From positions 552 to 64,551 of the forward strand of contig JAOOBM010000004.1 in assembly GCA_028404505.1 (NCBI GenBank): DNA of 64,000 nt. The letters are read 5' to 3'. The notes beneath the pieces were generated by a model. The model saw nothing but the letters and a program-made list of their open reading frames with translations. It was not told the origin of the DNA and ran no database searches. Positions 17,847-26,395 of this stretch are shown piece after piece. The position numbers and the translations under genes were made by a program. The first letter of the stretch is position 1, and the number at the start of each line of letters is the position of its first letter. The DNA comes from Acidimicrobiaceae bacterium. Its GTDB lineage: Bacteria > Actinomycetota > Acidimicrobiia > Actinomarinales > Actinomarinaceae.

Positions 17847-19264
17847 AAATCAAATTAATTTTATTACTTGTTTTTCTCATTTCTTGTGGTTCAGAGACTT
17901 CTACTGAAAATCTTAATCAGGTTGAGAATGATGAAGATGAGTACCTGGAAGAAGAGTATGAAGAGGATTCAGATGAAGAAGAGTATGAAGAGGATTCAGA
18001 TGAAGAAGAGTATGAAGAGGATTCAGATGAAGAATCATTATATGATGAATACGGAGAATGGGATAAAGGTACAACGTATTTTGATACCTCATCATCAACA
18101 AGTACTGGATGGTATATGGGTCAAGGAACGGATCGTGAAGAACACGTCCATGAAGGTATGCAGACATTAGATGGAGGATTTATAGCTATTGGTCATCACT
18201 GGGAAAAAGAAGAAGACCCAACTGGATTTACAGATATGATCATTTTAAAAACCGATTCTAAAGGTAATGAGTTGTGGCAGACAATTATTGGAACTCCAGA
18301 CAAGTTTGATGTGGGATATGCAGTGAATGAATTATCCGATGGATATGTTGCCGGTGGAGGTCTTTATAAAGATGGATTTCAAAAAAGTGCAATTGTAAAA
18401 CTTGACTTTAATGGAAATATAGTTTGGCAGAAAATATTTACGCATAATGGTGTTGGTGGAATTAGAGGGATAGAAGTTATCGATAATGACGAAATCGTTG
18501 TTACTGGTTACAAAGAAGGAGATGAAGAAGGGTTTTTATTCATTTCTGATGGATCAAAAGGTTTTATAAAGAAAATGTCAACAGATGGTGAGGTAATTTG
18601 GGATAAAGACTTGTCTGCTATGCAAGGTACAAAAGTTAAGCAAACATCTAAAGGTGGATTCGTAGTCGGATCTGTTGAGTGGGTTGATGAAGGTTTAAAT
18701 GCATCAATGCATTATTTAGACCCAAATGGAAATACACTCTCAACTAAATTATTCGGAGGCAATAATAATGTGCAGTTGTTTGACATGGACATTACAAGCA
18801 ATGACTATGTTGTGTTTACAGGACATACAACGGGATACCAGACTGAAAATTGGGATTGCATTGTCATGTTAATTGATGATCAAGGAAATGAAGTTTGGAA
18901 AAATATCTTTGGTAATCCAAGAGGTTATGACCCAAAATTTATTCTTGATGAGTGTTATGGGGTAAGAGAGACCCTTGATGGAGGATTTGTAGTGACAGGT
19001 GGTACCGGTGATCATTCAGATTATTCTGGCACAGGGCATCCAAATGGTACATCTGATGATTGGAAAATATTATTATCTGAGTTTGATAAAGATGGCAATA
19101 TGACATCAATTAATGTTTTTGGTGGTGGTCTTGATAAAGGAAATGATGCTGGAGAATTTATTGATGTAACCTCTGATGGTGGATATATTATTTTTTCAGA
19201 CACCGATTCCAAGGGTTTAAAAGGACCAAATAATTTTGGTTTTTTATATATTAAAAACTCATAA
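17843..19264 (+). CDS. lipoprotein with acidic tandem-repeat linker and about 7-bladed beta-propeller-like repeat domain
   Basis: 473 aa with signal peptide and lipobox FLISC (Cys15) and (EEEYEEDSD)x3. Then about 55-aa repeats: DGGFIAIGH / DGYVAGGG / EIVVTGY / GGFVVGS / YVVFTGH / DGGFVVTGG / DGGYIIFS. Each is followed by a D..GN.(V/I)W-type strand (KGNELWQ, NGNIVWQK, DGEVIWDK, QGNEVWKN, DGNMTS). Confidence 0.7.
   Translation: MKIKLILLLVFLISCGSETSTENLNQVENDEDEYLEEEYEEDSDEEEYEEDSDEEEYEEDSDEESLYDEYGEWDKGTTYFDTSSSTSTGWYMGQGTDREEHVHEGMQTLDGGFIAIGHHWEKEEDPTGFTDMIILKTDSKGNELWQTIIGTPDKFDVGYAVNELSDGYVAGGGLYKDGFQKSAIVKLDFNGNIVWQKIFTHNGVGGIRGIEVIDNDEIVVTGYKEGDEEGFLFISDGSKGFIKKMSTDGEVIWDKDLSAMQGTKVKQTSKGGFVVGSVEWVDEGLNASMHYLDPNGNTLSTKLFGGNNNVQLFDMDITSNDYVVFTGHTTGYQTENWDCIVMLIDDQGNEVWKNIFGNPRGYDPKFILDECYGVRETLDGGFVVTGGTGDHSDYSGTGHPNGTSDDWKILLSEFDKDGNMTSINVFGGGLDKGNDAGEFIDVTSDGGYIIFSDTDSKGLKGPNNFGFLYIKNS
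17948..18028 (+). repeat. perfect 27-bp x3 in-frame tandem repeat (possible VNTR)
   Basis: GAAGAAGAGTATGAAGAGGATTCAGAT occurs three times without mismatch (17948-17974, 17975-18001, 18002-18028), followed by a partial GAAGAA. It also creates the spurious shadow ORFs 17868..18170(+) and 17913..18167(-). Confidence 0.95.
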
Positions 19265-19357
19265 GTAAATGTTCTTCTCCTGTTGACTAATCAATCTTCT
19301 GAATCAAATATGAATCTGACACGCATTCGAAACATTTTTTAAATAAAATGAAATTAT

Positions 19358-20794
19358 ATGAAGAAAGTTATAATTTTTTTTCTATTAATTTCTTTTTGTG
19401 GAGGCTCATCGGAATCTACGTCTACACAACTACAACAAGATCAGAAATTATCACAAGAAAAGGTAAGTGATGAAGGTTCTCAAGATTCCAAGCAGACTGA
19501 TTCTAATGAACAATCTAGCTCGTCATCCAATCAAGAATCTGGGAACCAGAGTCAAAGTAGCGGGTTGACAATACAAACACTTCCAGACATAAAAGAGTTT
19601 ATAACAAATAAAAGTGATAGATTTTTTGTTGATTTTGAAGACATTATTGCAGGACATCCTTATGTAGGTAAACGATCACCAAGACCACATAATGATGCGC
19701 AAGTTTATTTTTCAAATACAGATCCAAGATGGAGAGAGGCAACAAAACCATCGGATTTTCCACCACTCTACGCAGTAGCAGATGGAATTATTGAGCTGGC
19801 ACAAGGAAATGGGTCATATTATAACGTTGTGGACCATTCAGACTCAGACCCTCCCTGGTGGCACTCTGCTTACTTATTCAAATTAAAATTTGCACAAAAC
19901 GATGGCAATGTTGTGAGCTTTCTGTATCAGATGGAAGGATATGTTATTAAAGATGATGAAAACTTCTTCAGAGATTATATTTTAGTTGAAAATGGTCAAG
20001 TTGTTAAAAAAGGTGACATCTTGGGATATATGTATGTTCCAACACTAGAAGAGATGGTTGGAACCATGCAGGGCTCAAGCCATATTGCTTTTGCCCTTAT
20101 GGAGAAAAGAGGTACAAGTAAAGAACAAGAAATGGCACCAGCAATTTTTACTGAAGAAATCGTTGAACAGTTTTCGAATTTATACAGAAATCCAAAAGAA
20201 GGTTGGGAGAGTACAAGTTATGGTAACGACTGGGCGAGAGGAAGAGGACTCCCAAGTTCGATGGGTTGGTACATCGGACCAGAAGAACATCCATTTGGAG
20301 GAGAGTACCTGGATGTAGTCTTATATGGTGACGAAAGAGACGCTAGCCTGGATCCAAAACAAGAAATACTATCCACAGACCTTGGGTTTCAAACAGATAA
20401 TTATATATTTAACCAACATGGACATGGCAATGCAACACTTGATTTACCATTCTCTGATAACTCAAAAGTTGACTTTGTAGTTGTAACCAATGGGTCTCCT
20501 GTTAATTTAAAATTTATTTTTACAGAGAATAATGGAGACAAACGAGAGGCAGGTTTTATCAATAAACGAAAAGGTATGGGATATATGTATCAGTATTATG
20601 AAGGTTTTGGTGTTAACTCAAATACGAAATTAGTTATTGAAGATCCAGAAAACTGGGGATGGTCTGTTGCATTTGTTGATGCTGGAACATCTGTTATTAT
20701 TCCAGGTCAAACAAGAACCGTTCAGCCTAAATGTCCCCCAGGGTGTCCTCCCTCACCCAATCCTTATAAATTAAATCAATCAAAAGACAAATAA
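19358..20794 (+). CDS. lipoprotein with Ser/Gln-rich linker; possible degenerate LytM/M23-like barrel; function unknown
   Basis: 478 aa with signal peptide and LISFC (Cys14)-GGSSE, then a low-complexity S/Q/E linker to about aa 70. A central segment (YAVADGIIELAQ ... VENGQVVKKGDILGYMY ... GSSHIAFAL) loosely follows M23 peptidase topology but lacks clear HxxxD/HxH metal ligands. C-terminal CPPGCPPSPNP. Confidence 0.6.
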   Translation: MKKVIIFFLLISFCGGSSESTSTQLQQDQKLSQEKVSDEGSQDSKQTDSNEQSSSSSNQESGNQSQSSGLTIQTLPDIKEFITNKSDRFFVDFEDIIAGHPYVGKRSPRPHNDAQVYFSNTDPRWREATKPSDFPPLYAVADGIIELAQGNGSYYNVVDHSDSDPPWWHSAYLFKLKFAQNDGNVVSFLYQMEGYVIKDDENFFRDYILVENGQVVKKGDILGYMYVPTLEEMVGTMQGSSHIAFALMEKRGTSKEQEMAPAIFTEEIVEQFSNLYRNPKEGWESTSYGNDWARGRGLPSSMGWYIGPEEHPFGGEYLDVVLYGDERDASLDPKQEILSTDLGFQTDNYIFNQHGHGNATLDLPFSDNSKVDFVVVTNGSPVNLKFIFTENNGDKREAGFINKRKGMGYMYQYYEGFGVNSNTKLVIEDPENWGWSVAFVDAGTSVIIPGQTRTVQPKCPPGCPPSPNPYKLNQSKDK

Positions 20795-20806
20795 AATATA
20801 ATCTTT

Positions 20807-20873
20807 CTTCCCTTACAAGGAAGCAGTCACAGGTTCAAATCCTGTAGCGCCCACAAGGGTTTTTCAGAAATCT
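20807..20873 (+). repeat. direct repeat of tRNA-Val 3' half plus 20-nt flank (att-like)
   Basis: CTTCCCTTACAAGGAAGCAGTCACAGGTTCAAATCCTGTAGCGCCCACAAGGGTTTTTCAGAAATCT matches 17540-17606 with one mismatch (C at 20824 versus A at 17557). Confidence 0.92.
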
Positions 20874-20930
20874 AGGTAAAAAATACTTTTTCGCACACAC
20901 ATTGAACACACATTTTGAGATAATTTAATT

Positions 20931-22781
20931 ATGCGACGAATATTTGGAATAATTTTAATGTTTTTAATTTCATTTTGTGGCGGAAGTGAAGTTTCAAATA
21001 ATGATTCATTGGTATCATCTACTATTACAACTGTTGTAGATTCAACTATAACAACTCAAGAATCGTCCACTACTTCATCTACAACGACTACAAATATTTC
21101 TGATGCTACTTCCTCAGATAATAAAAATAAATACGAAAACATTAATTCAAAATTTATTTTTGATAAAGATAGTTATCCTAGTGTGGAATGGAGTCAAAGT
21201 TTTGAACTAATTGAGCTGGATAAAAGTTGTATCAATAATTCTACATTCAATCAAAATATTAATTTTTCTGTTGATACAAAAATTAACTTTGAAAAAATAT
21301 TTTCAAAGTCTTTTGATGAAATAATGCGTGATGATATTTTTGACATACAGAAATTAACTATTGATGAAAATATCCAAAGCTATGAAGGATTGGAGTATTT
21401 AACTTGCTTGCAATATCTTGATGCAGGACAAGGTTTTAAATTTTGGGGAAGAGATTATAGGTTTTTGTCGAACCTAACAGAGTTAAGATATTTAAATTGC
21501 AAATTTTGTACTCACTTAAGAGCTGAGCATTTATATCCTTTAGATAAGTTGGAATACCTTATTACTCCAGCTGGATTTAAAAATACAAGTATGCTCCACA
21601 AATTATCAAATTTAAAATACATTGATTCGCAAAGGAGTGAAGGTAGCTGTAACGATTACGACTCTTTAAATAATTTAGAAAACTTAAAAGAACTATATTT
21701 AGGAAACTCTGATCTTTCTTTTTACTTAAATAATGATTATGAAAACAGTAATGAAGATTTTGTATTCTCAAAAAGTCCTACAGGAAAATATATAGAACTT
21801 TTAATCAAAGATGGTTATGATTCGTTTTTTACTGATTTTTCTAATCCTGACTGGACAAGTAATCCAACCGGATTCTACAACAGAAACTATATGGCTAAAT
21901 TAATGAATGCTTTATATAAAGAAATTAGTGATGAATATGAAGTGGTAATTTTTGTTGGTAACAGATTAGACAGTATTCGATCATATAATGGAATGGCGCA
22001 GTATATTAGCAACAATGAACCAGGACTTAGTTTTCCTATTTACTCATCTGCAGAATGTTTTGGATCAAGTGGTAAATTAAGAGGAAATCTAATCTTTCCA
22101 TCATTAAATTCTTTTTTTAATTCAACCACTACAACATATGATTGGGGTGATTTTACATTTGTCAATGCTCCATTACTTCATGAGCTATTCCATCTTTGGG
22201 GTGGTGCTGATATTCTTCCGTATCATCAAGTTTATGTAGACGAACCAGGTGCAGGTACTGGACACTTTGGTTTTTCAACAGGAGGTATTTTAGGAGGATT
22301 TAACAATGAATCACTTAAAGAACTTGGAAATAACGATTACCAAGTAGATTATTTTTATACAGATGGAAATGGTGCAGATACCAAAATGGGTAACATTGAA
22401 AAATATATTATGGGGTTACTTCCTAGTAGTGAGCTGGGTGATCTATATGCATTTATAGGTAACCCTATTGTAGTTGATGAATATTGTGAAAAAACTTTAG
22501 GTAAAGAAGATGTGTTTTCGATATGTTTCAATGCAAATAAAAAAATTACGTATACTGTCGAAGATTTAGAACAATTATATGGAAAAGTAGAAATTAAAAA
22601 TACAAGAAGCGTATCGACATTAGTAGTTTTTGTAACTGATGAAAAAGCATCTGAAGAAGCTTGGTCAACACTTGATCAAAAAGTGTCTTGGTATATTGAA
22701 AATATTACAAATGATGATGGTGGATATAATATTTATGAAGCTTCTGATGGATTATTGGAATTAAATTTTCCAACTCCATAA
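20931..22781 (+). CDS. lipoprotein with Thr/Ser-rich linker, leucine-rich repeats and metzincin-type zinc-peptidase motif
   Basis: 616 aa with signal peptide and LISFC (Cys16)-GGSE and a T/S-rich linker (STITTVVDSTITTQESSTTSSTTTTN). LRR-like units: LEYLTCLQYLD, LSNLTELRYLNCKFC, LDKLEYLI, LSNLKYIDS, LENLKELYLGNSDL. HELFHLWGGAD (22179-22211) fits HExxHxxGxx(H/D). Confidence 0.65.
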   Translation: MRRIFGIILMFLISFCGGSEVSNNDSLVSSTITTVVDSTITTQESSTTSSTTTTNISDATSSDNKNKYENINSKFIFDKDSYPSVEWSQSFELIELDKSCINNSTFNQNINFSVDTKINFEKIFSKSFDEIMRDDIFDIQKLTIDENIQSYEGLEYLTCLQYLDAGQGFKFWGRDYRFLSNLTELRYLNCKFCTHLRAEHLYPLDKLEYLITPAGFKNTSMLHKLSNLKYIDSQRSEGSCNDYDSLNNLENLKELYLGNSDLSFYLNNDYENSNEDFVFSKSPTGKYIELLIKDGYDSFFTDFSNPDWTSNPTGFYNRNYMAKLMNALYKEISDEYEVVIFVGNRLDSIRSYNGMAQYISNNEPGLSFPIYSSAECFGSSGKLRGNLIFPSLNSFFNSTTTTYDWGDFTFVNAPLLHELFHLWGGADILPYHQVYVDEPGAGTGHFGFSTGGILGGFNNESLKELGNNDYQVDYFYTDGNGADTKMGNIEKYIMGLLPSSELGDLYAFIGNPIVVDEYCEKTLGKEDVFSICFNANKKITYTVEDLEQLYGKVEIKNTRSVSTLVVFVTDEKASEEAWSTLDQKVSWYIENITNDDGGYNIYEASDGLLELNFPTP

Positions 22782-22791
22782 AAAAACGACT

Positions 22792-22833
22792 CTTACCTTA
22801 CAAGGAAGACGTCACAGGTTCAAATCCTATAGC
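22792..22833 (+). repeat. decayed third copy of the tRNA-Val 3' half
   Basis: CTTACCTTACAAGGAAGACGTCACAGGTTCAAATCCTATAGC aligns to 17540-17581 with 3 mismatches (22795, 22810, 22829). Similarity is lost inside the acceptor-stem segment. Confidence 0.7.
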
Positions 22834-22900
22834 AAGCAGAATAATCATAAATTAATTTTTATAGATATTTAATCTAAAATCACCTCTGTAAGATTGTCTT

Positions 22901-23578
22901 ATGGAAAATAATAAAGATATCCATGCACTTGAATCAATTGATGAACTGGATAATTATAATAACTACATATATAGAAAAATATTAAGACACATACAAACTG
23001 GAACAAATTTAGATTTTGGATGTGGGTTTGGAAATTTTTTAAAATTTGTAAAGAGTGAGACTAATTTAAGTTTTGAAGGTTATGAAGTTAATAGTACTGC
23101 AATAGAAAAGCTTAGAAAAGAAAATATTCCATATGTCGAAAACATTAAGAATTCAAAAAAATATGACAATATTGTTTCTATAAATGTTTTAGAACACATC
23201 GAGAATGATACAAAGATTTTAAAAGAGTTAAGTAAGATTATAAAACCAGGTGGCAAGCTAATATTGTATTTGCCACACTCTATGATTCTTTGGACAAAGT
23301 TAGATAGTTTGGTTGACCACCATAGAAGATATACTAAAAAAGACTTGTTTGAAAAGCTTAAGAAAAGTAATTTTGAAATAGATTCTGTTGAGTATGTTGA
23401 TTTTATTGGTTCGTTAGTTCTTATAATTTTTAAAATTTTAAGAATCAATCCTAACTACAGTAAAAATCGTTTAATTTTTTATGATCGTTTAGTGTTTAAA
23501 ATTTTTAAATTTCTTGATATATTTACAAGAAAAATTTTTGGAAAAAATATTTTAGTTGTTGCAAATGCCAAAACGTAA
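22901..23578 (+). CDS. class I SAM-dependent methyltransferase
   Basis: 225 aa with motif I LDFGCGFGNF, VSINVLEHI and post-motif II KPGGKLILYLP. Confidence 0.75.
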   Translation: MENNKDIHALESIDELDNYNNYIYRKILRHIQTGTNLDFGCGFGNFLKFVKSETNLSFEGYEVNSTAIEKLRKENIPYVENIKNSKKYDNIVSINVLEHIENDTKILKELSKIIKPGGKLILYLPHSMILWTKLDSLVDHHRRYTKKDLFEKLKKSNFEIDSVEYVDFIGSLVLIIFKILRINPNYSKNRLIFYDRLVFKIFKFLDIFTRKIFGKNILVVANAKT

Positions 23579-24263
23579 AGACATAACACTCACAGCAATA
23601 GTGCCTGTATTTAATGAAGAATTATTTTTAAGAAAATCCATAAAAAGACTATTAAATGAGAATGTTGTTGATGAGATCTTTATTATAGATGACTGTTCGA
23701 CAGATGGATCGAATCAAATTATTGACGAACTAACTAAAGAATACAATTCAATAAAAAAATTTCAAACAAGTCATAACATGGGTAAGGGGGGTGCAATTAA
23801 AATGATTCAAAATTCAGTTAATACAAGTTACTCTATAATTCATGATGCAGATCTTGAATACTTTCCAAAAGATATTAAATATTTACTATCTGAAGTAGAT
23901 CAAGATAAGCCAACTTTTGTTATAGGGTCAAGATTTATTAATAATATTGAACCTCAAAATTATTACAGAACTTATTTTGCTAATAAATTTCTATCTTTTT
24001 TATTTTCATTTATACATAGAAGAAAAGTTACTGATATTGCCACATGTTACAAATTATTTCCAAATGAGTATTTTAGGAATACAATTTTAGAATCCAATGG
24101 TTTCGAAATTGAAGTTGAACTCGTTGCTAAATATTTAAAAAAATTCAAAAATATTAAAGAGGTAGGAATAGATTACGAATCAAGGACCTACGAGGAAGGT
24201 AAAAAAATCAAAACTCTTGATTTCTTTAGATATATATATGCAATATTGAAATATAGATTCTAA
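23556..24263 (+). CDS. GT2-family glycosyltransferase (short, soluble)
   Basis: 235 aa with LTAIVPVFNEELFLRKSI, IFIIDDCSTDGS and HDADLEY (DxD). Confidence 0.8.
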   Translation: MLQMPKRKDITLTAIVPVFNEELFLRKSIKRLLNENVVDEIFIIDDCSTDGSNQIIDELTKEYNSIKKFQTSHNMGKGGAIKMIQNSVNTSYSIIHDADLEYFPKDIKYLLSEVDQDKPTFVIGSRFINNIEPQNYYRTYFANKFLSFLFSFIHRRKVTDIATCYKLFPNEYFRNTILESNGFEIEVELVAKYLKKFKNIKEVGIDYESRTYEEGKKIKTLDFFRYIYAILKYRF

Positions 24264-24304
24264 GTTCGATTTAAAAATTTGATTAATACTTTTATACTTA
24301 TTTA

Positions 24305-25012
24305 ATGATTTCAAAAACAATTTATCAGACTTGGAGTACTCAAACTTTACCTGATAAGCTTGAAAAGCTTCATAACAAAATGAGACTTAAAAATTCTTCG
24401 TATGAGCATATAATTTATACGGACAGTCAAATGAATGACTATATAAATGCTAACGCTGATAAAGATATCAAAGATATTTATTGGAAAATGAAACATATTG
24501 TTGCAAGAGCTGATATTTGGCGATATACGATTTTATTCAATAATGGTGGTGTTTATCTTGATATAGATTCTCAGATAAATAATTCATTAGATGATTTGAT
24601 CCAAGATAACGATAGAGCAATTATCACACCAGAAATTCATGAAAACTTATTCATACAATGGGGGCTTATTTTTGAAAATAATCATATTATTCTTGAAAAA
24701 ACTCTTAACAATATTCTTGAAGATGTAAACAATGGTATAAATAGAAACGATCATCATGCTTTGACTGTTAAAAATTATGCAAAAGCTATTTTTGATGTTG
24801 CCAATGAAAACAATTTAGAATTTGAGTGGATTCATCCAGAAGAGCAGATAGATAAAACATATGAGTTTAAAAATTCTTCCTTCAAAATTGTTGGTAATGA
24901 TTACAACAGTCACTTCTCTTTTAAGCATAAATTTAATCATTTATTAAGAAACCGTCCAAAAGGTACTGTAGCTAGCACCCATTGGACACAACATGAAGGG
25001 TCAATTTACTAA
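24305..25012 (+). CDS. GT32-like glycosyltransferase (OCH1 / DXD sugar-binding region type)
   Basis: 235 aa. ISKTIYQTW at the N-terminus and RADIWRYTILFNNGGVYLDIDS match the conserved GT32 motifs. Confidence 0.6.
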   Translation: MISKTIYQTWSTQTLPDKLEKLHNKMRLKNSSYEHIIYTDSQMNDYINANADKDIKDIYWKMKHIVARADIWRYTILFNNGGVYLDIDSQINNSLDDLIQDNDRAIITPEIHENLFIQWGLIFENNHIILEKTLNNILEDVNNGINRNDHHALTVKNYAKAIFDVANENNLEFEWIHPEEQIDKTYEFKNSSFKIVGNDYNSHFSFKHKFNHLLRNRPKGTVASTHWTQHEGSIY

Positions 25013-25033
25013 TTTCAAACTTCCACCCTTAAA

Positions 25034-26395
25034 CTATTTTGCTGTCAGATGGTTTATTTTGTAAGCAAGATCAATAAAATAAATATTTATGAATGAGAAC
25101 AAATATCTATAAGCAGAGCCAAGTTCTACATTTTTCCAAATTGAAATATAAAGATAAAAAACTAATAAAGAGTTTAAAATAATAGTTGAATTTAGAATGT
25201 TGAAGTTTTTATAATATCCTTTGGTAAAAATAAAAATAAATAAATAAAAACATAAAAATAGTGTTAAAACTCTATCGATAAAGATTTGTTCTTTAAAAAT
25301 TAGAATTATATTCATAATGTTAAAATTGGTTAATTGACTAAAGTTTTCAAATAGAATTTGTAGATAAAAATTTTCTGATAAAAAATTATCTTCATTTTTA
25401 ATATTAAGTGATAACACACGACTATAAATGTTATTAATCATAAATCCAATTAAAGGTAGAAATACAATATACGGTTTTCTAAATTTATAAAATAAATAAA
25501 TTGGAACAATAAAAAATATAAATGAAGAAAAAGGTTTTAAAAAATATAAAAAGCCCAATATAAGAAAATATAATTTATTATTTATAATATTTTTATCTTG
25601 GAAAGCAATAATAAGAAAAACACTAAATAGATAATTTACAACTACCTCTCCCATTAATGAATTTATAAACAAATAACTCAACCAATCGCTATTCAAAATT
25701 ATTGGTAAATAGGTTAAAACTAATATTGATTTTGTAAAATTTGATATTTTTAGCTCTAACAATAATAATAAATTTAAATATAAAAATATATTTGGAATTG
25801 CCTGATTAAAAATAAACATATCACCGCTAAAAAATATAAAATGAATTTTTGCGTAAATAAAATTTATCATTAACGAATATCCAGGGATAATGTTATCTTT
25901 TGTGGCAATTGATAAGTTGGTATCATAGATTTTTTCAGTCATTGGCAGCCAGAACTCTGTTACATCGCTGTTGTACTGAATATAAGTTGGATTAAAGATA
26001 TCAATGTTCATCAAAATTAATCTGATTACTATCAATGACGTTAGGAAAATTAAAATATTTTTATAATTTCTACCTTTGATGAATAAGATAAATAATAAGC
26101 AAATGTTGTAAACCAGAGTTGTTTCTTTAAAATTTAACAATGATCCTAAAACTGGAAGTACAGCAAAATTAATTATGAAAGCCCCCATAAAATAATAAGT
26201 TATTGCCAACGAAATTGAATTTAGATTAAAAACTGAGCTAATTTCTTTACCTAGAAGATAAATAAAAATAAAGCATAAAAATGATACAAATAAACTATCT
26301 AAATTTAGATGTTTCAGATTCATTACATTCAAAAAAAAGTTTATTAAAAATGGAATAGGAATTAGGAAAAAATAAATTTTAGAAATTTTAATCAT
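25034..26395 (-). CDS. large polytopic membrane protein, GT-C-like candidate
   Basis: 453 aa, more than 10 TM segments. Its start overlaps the stop of the upstream GT2 gene by 8 nt. Late motif GSAYRYLFSF. Confidence 0.4.
   Translation of the reverse strand: MIKISKIYFFLIPIPFLINFFLNVMNLKHLNLDSLFVSFLCFIFIYLLGKEISSVFNLNSISLAITYYFMGAFIINFAVLPVLGSLLNFKETTLVYNICLLFILFIKGRNYKNILIFLTSLIVIRLILMNIDIFNPTYIQYNSDVTEFWLPMTEKIYDTNLSIATKDNIIPGYSLMINFIYAKIHFIFFSGDMFIFNQAIPNIFLYLNLLLLLELKISNFTKSILVLTYLPIILNSDWLSYLFINSLMGEVVVNYLFSVFLIIAFQDKNIINNKLYFLILGFLYFLKPFSSFIFFIVPIYLFYKFRKPYIVFLPLIGFMINNIYSRVLSLNIKNEDNFLSENFYLQILFENFSQLTNFNIMNIILIFKEQIFIDRVLTLFLCFYLFIFIFTKGYYKNFNILNSTIILNSLLVFYLYISIWKNVELGSAYRYLFSFINIYFIDLAYKINHLTAK

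Larger units (their letters stand above)
17587..22833. mobile_element. tRNA-Val-anchored island remnant: two tandem integrase-less cassettes bounded by direct repeats of the tRNA 3' half
   Basis: The segment 17540-17606 (the last 47 nt of the tRNA plus 20 nt of flank) recurs at 20807-20873 (66/67 identical) and in decayed form at 22792-22833 (39/42). Only lipoprotein genes plus one mini-ORF lie between the copies. No recombinase ORF was found. Confidence 0.5.

Noticed and set aside
10862-18028. Tandem repeats (24-bp in nrdJ, 27-bp in the lipoprotein gene), considered as a possible CRISPR or other non-coding repeat array.
   Set aside because: Both are contiguous (no spacers), in-frame and inside long ORFs. 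There is no cas gene or repeat-spacer architecture anywhere in the window.
17868-18170. Two about 85-100-aa ORFs (17868..18170 + and 17913..18167 -) with striking internal repeats (KKSMKRIQM x3; LHLNPLHTL x3).
   Set aside because: They are alternative-frame and antisense readings of the 27-bp x3 tandem repeat inside the lipoprotein gene 17843..19264. The lipoprotein frame has a proper signal peptide, a lipobox and a long downstream domain, so these are artefacts of the repeat.
17587-22900. Searched the tRNA-Val island and its flanks for an integrase, excisionase, transposase, phage or plasmid gene that would make it an intact mobile element.
   Set aside because: No ORF there shows tyrosine- or serine-recombinase, DDE transposase or phage structural motifs, and all space is filled by the lipoprotein genes. 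It is therefore called only a remnant or trans-mobilised cassette array, not an active element.
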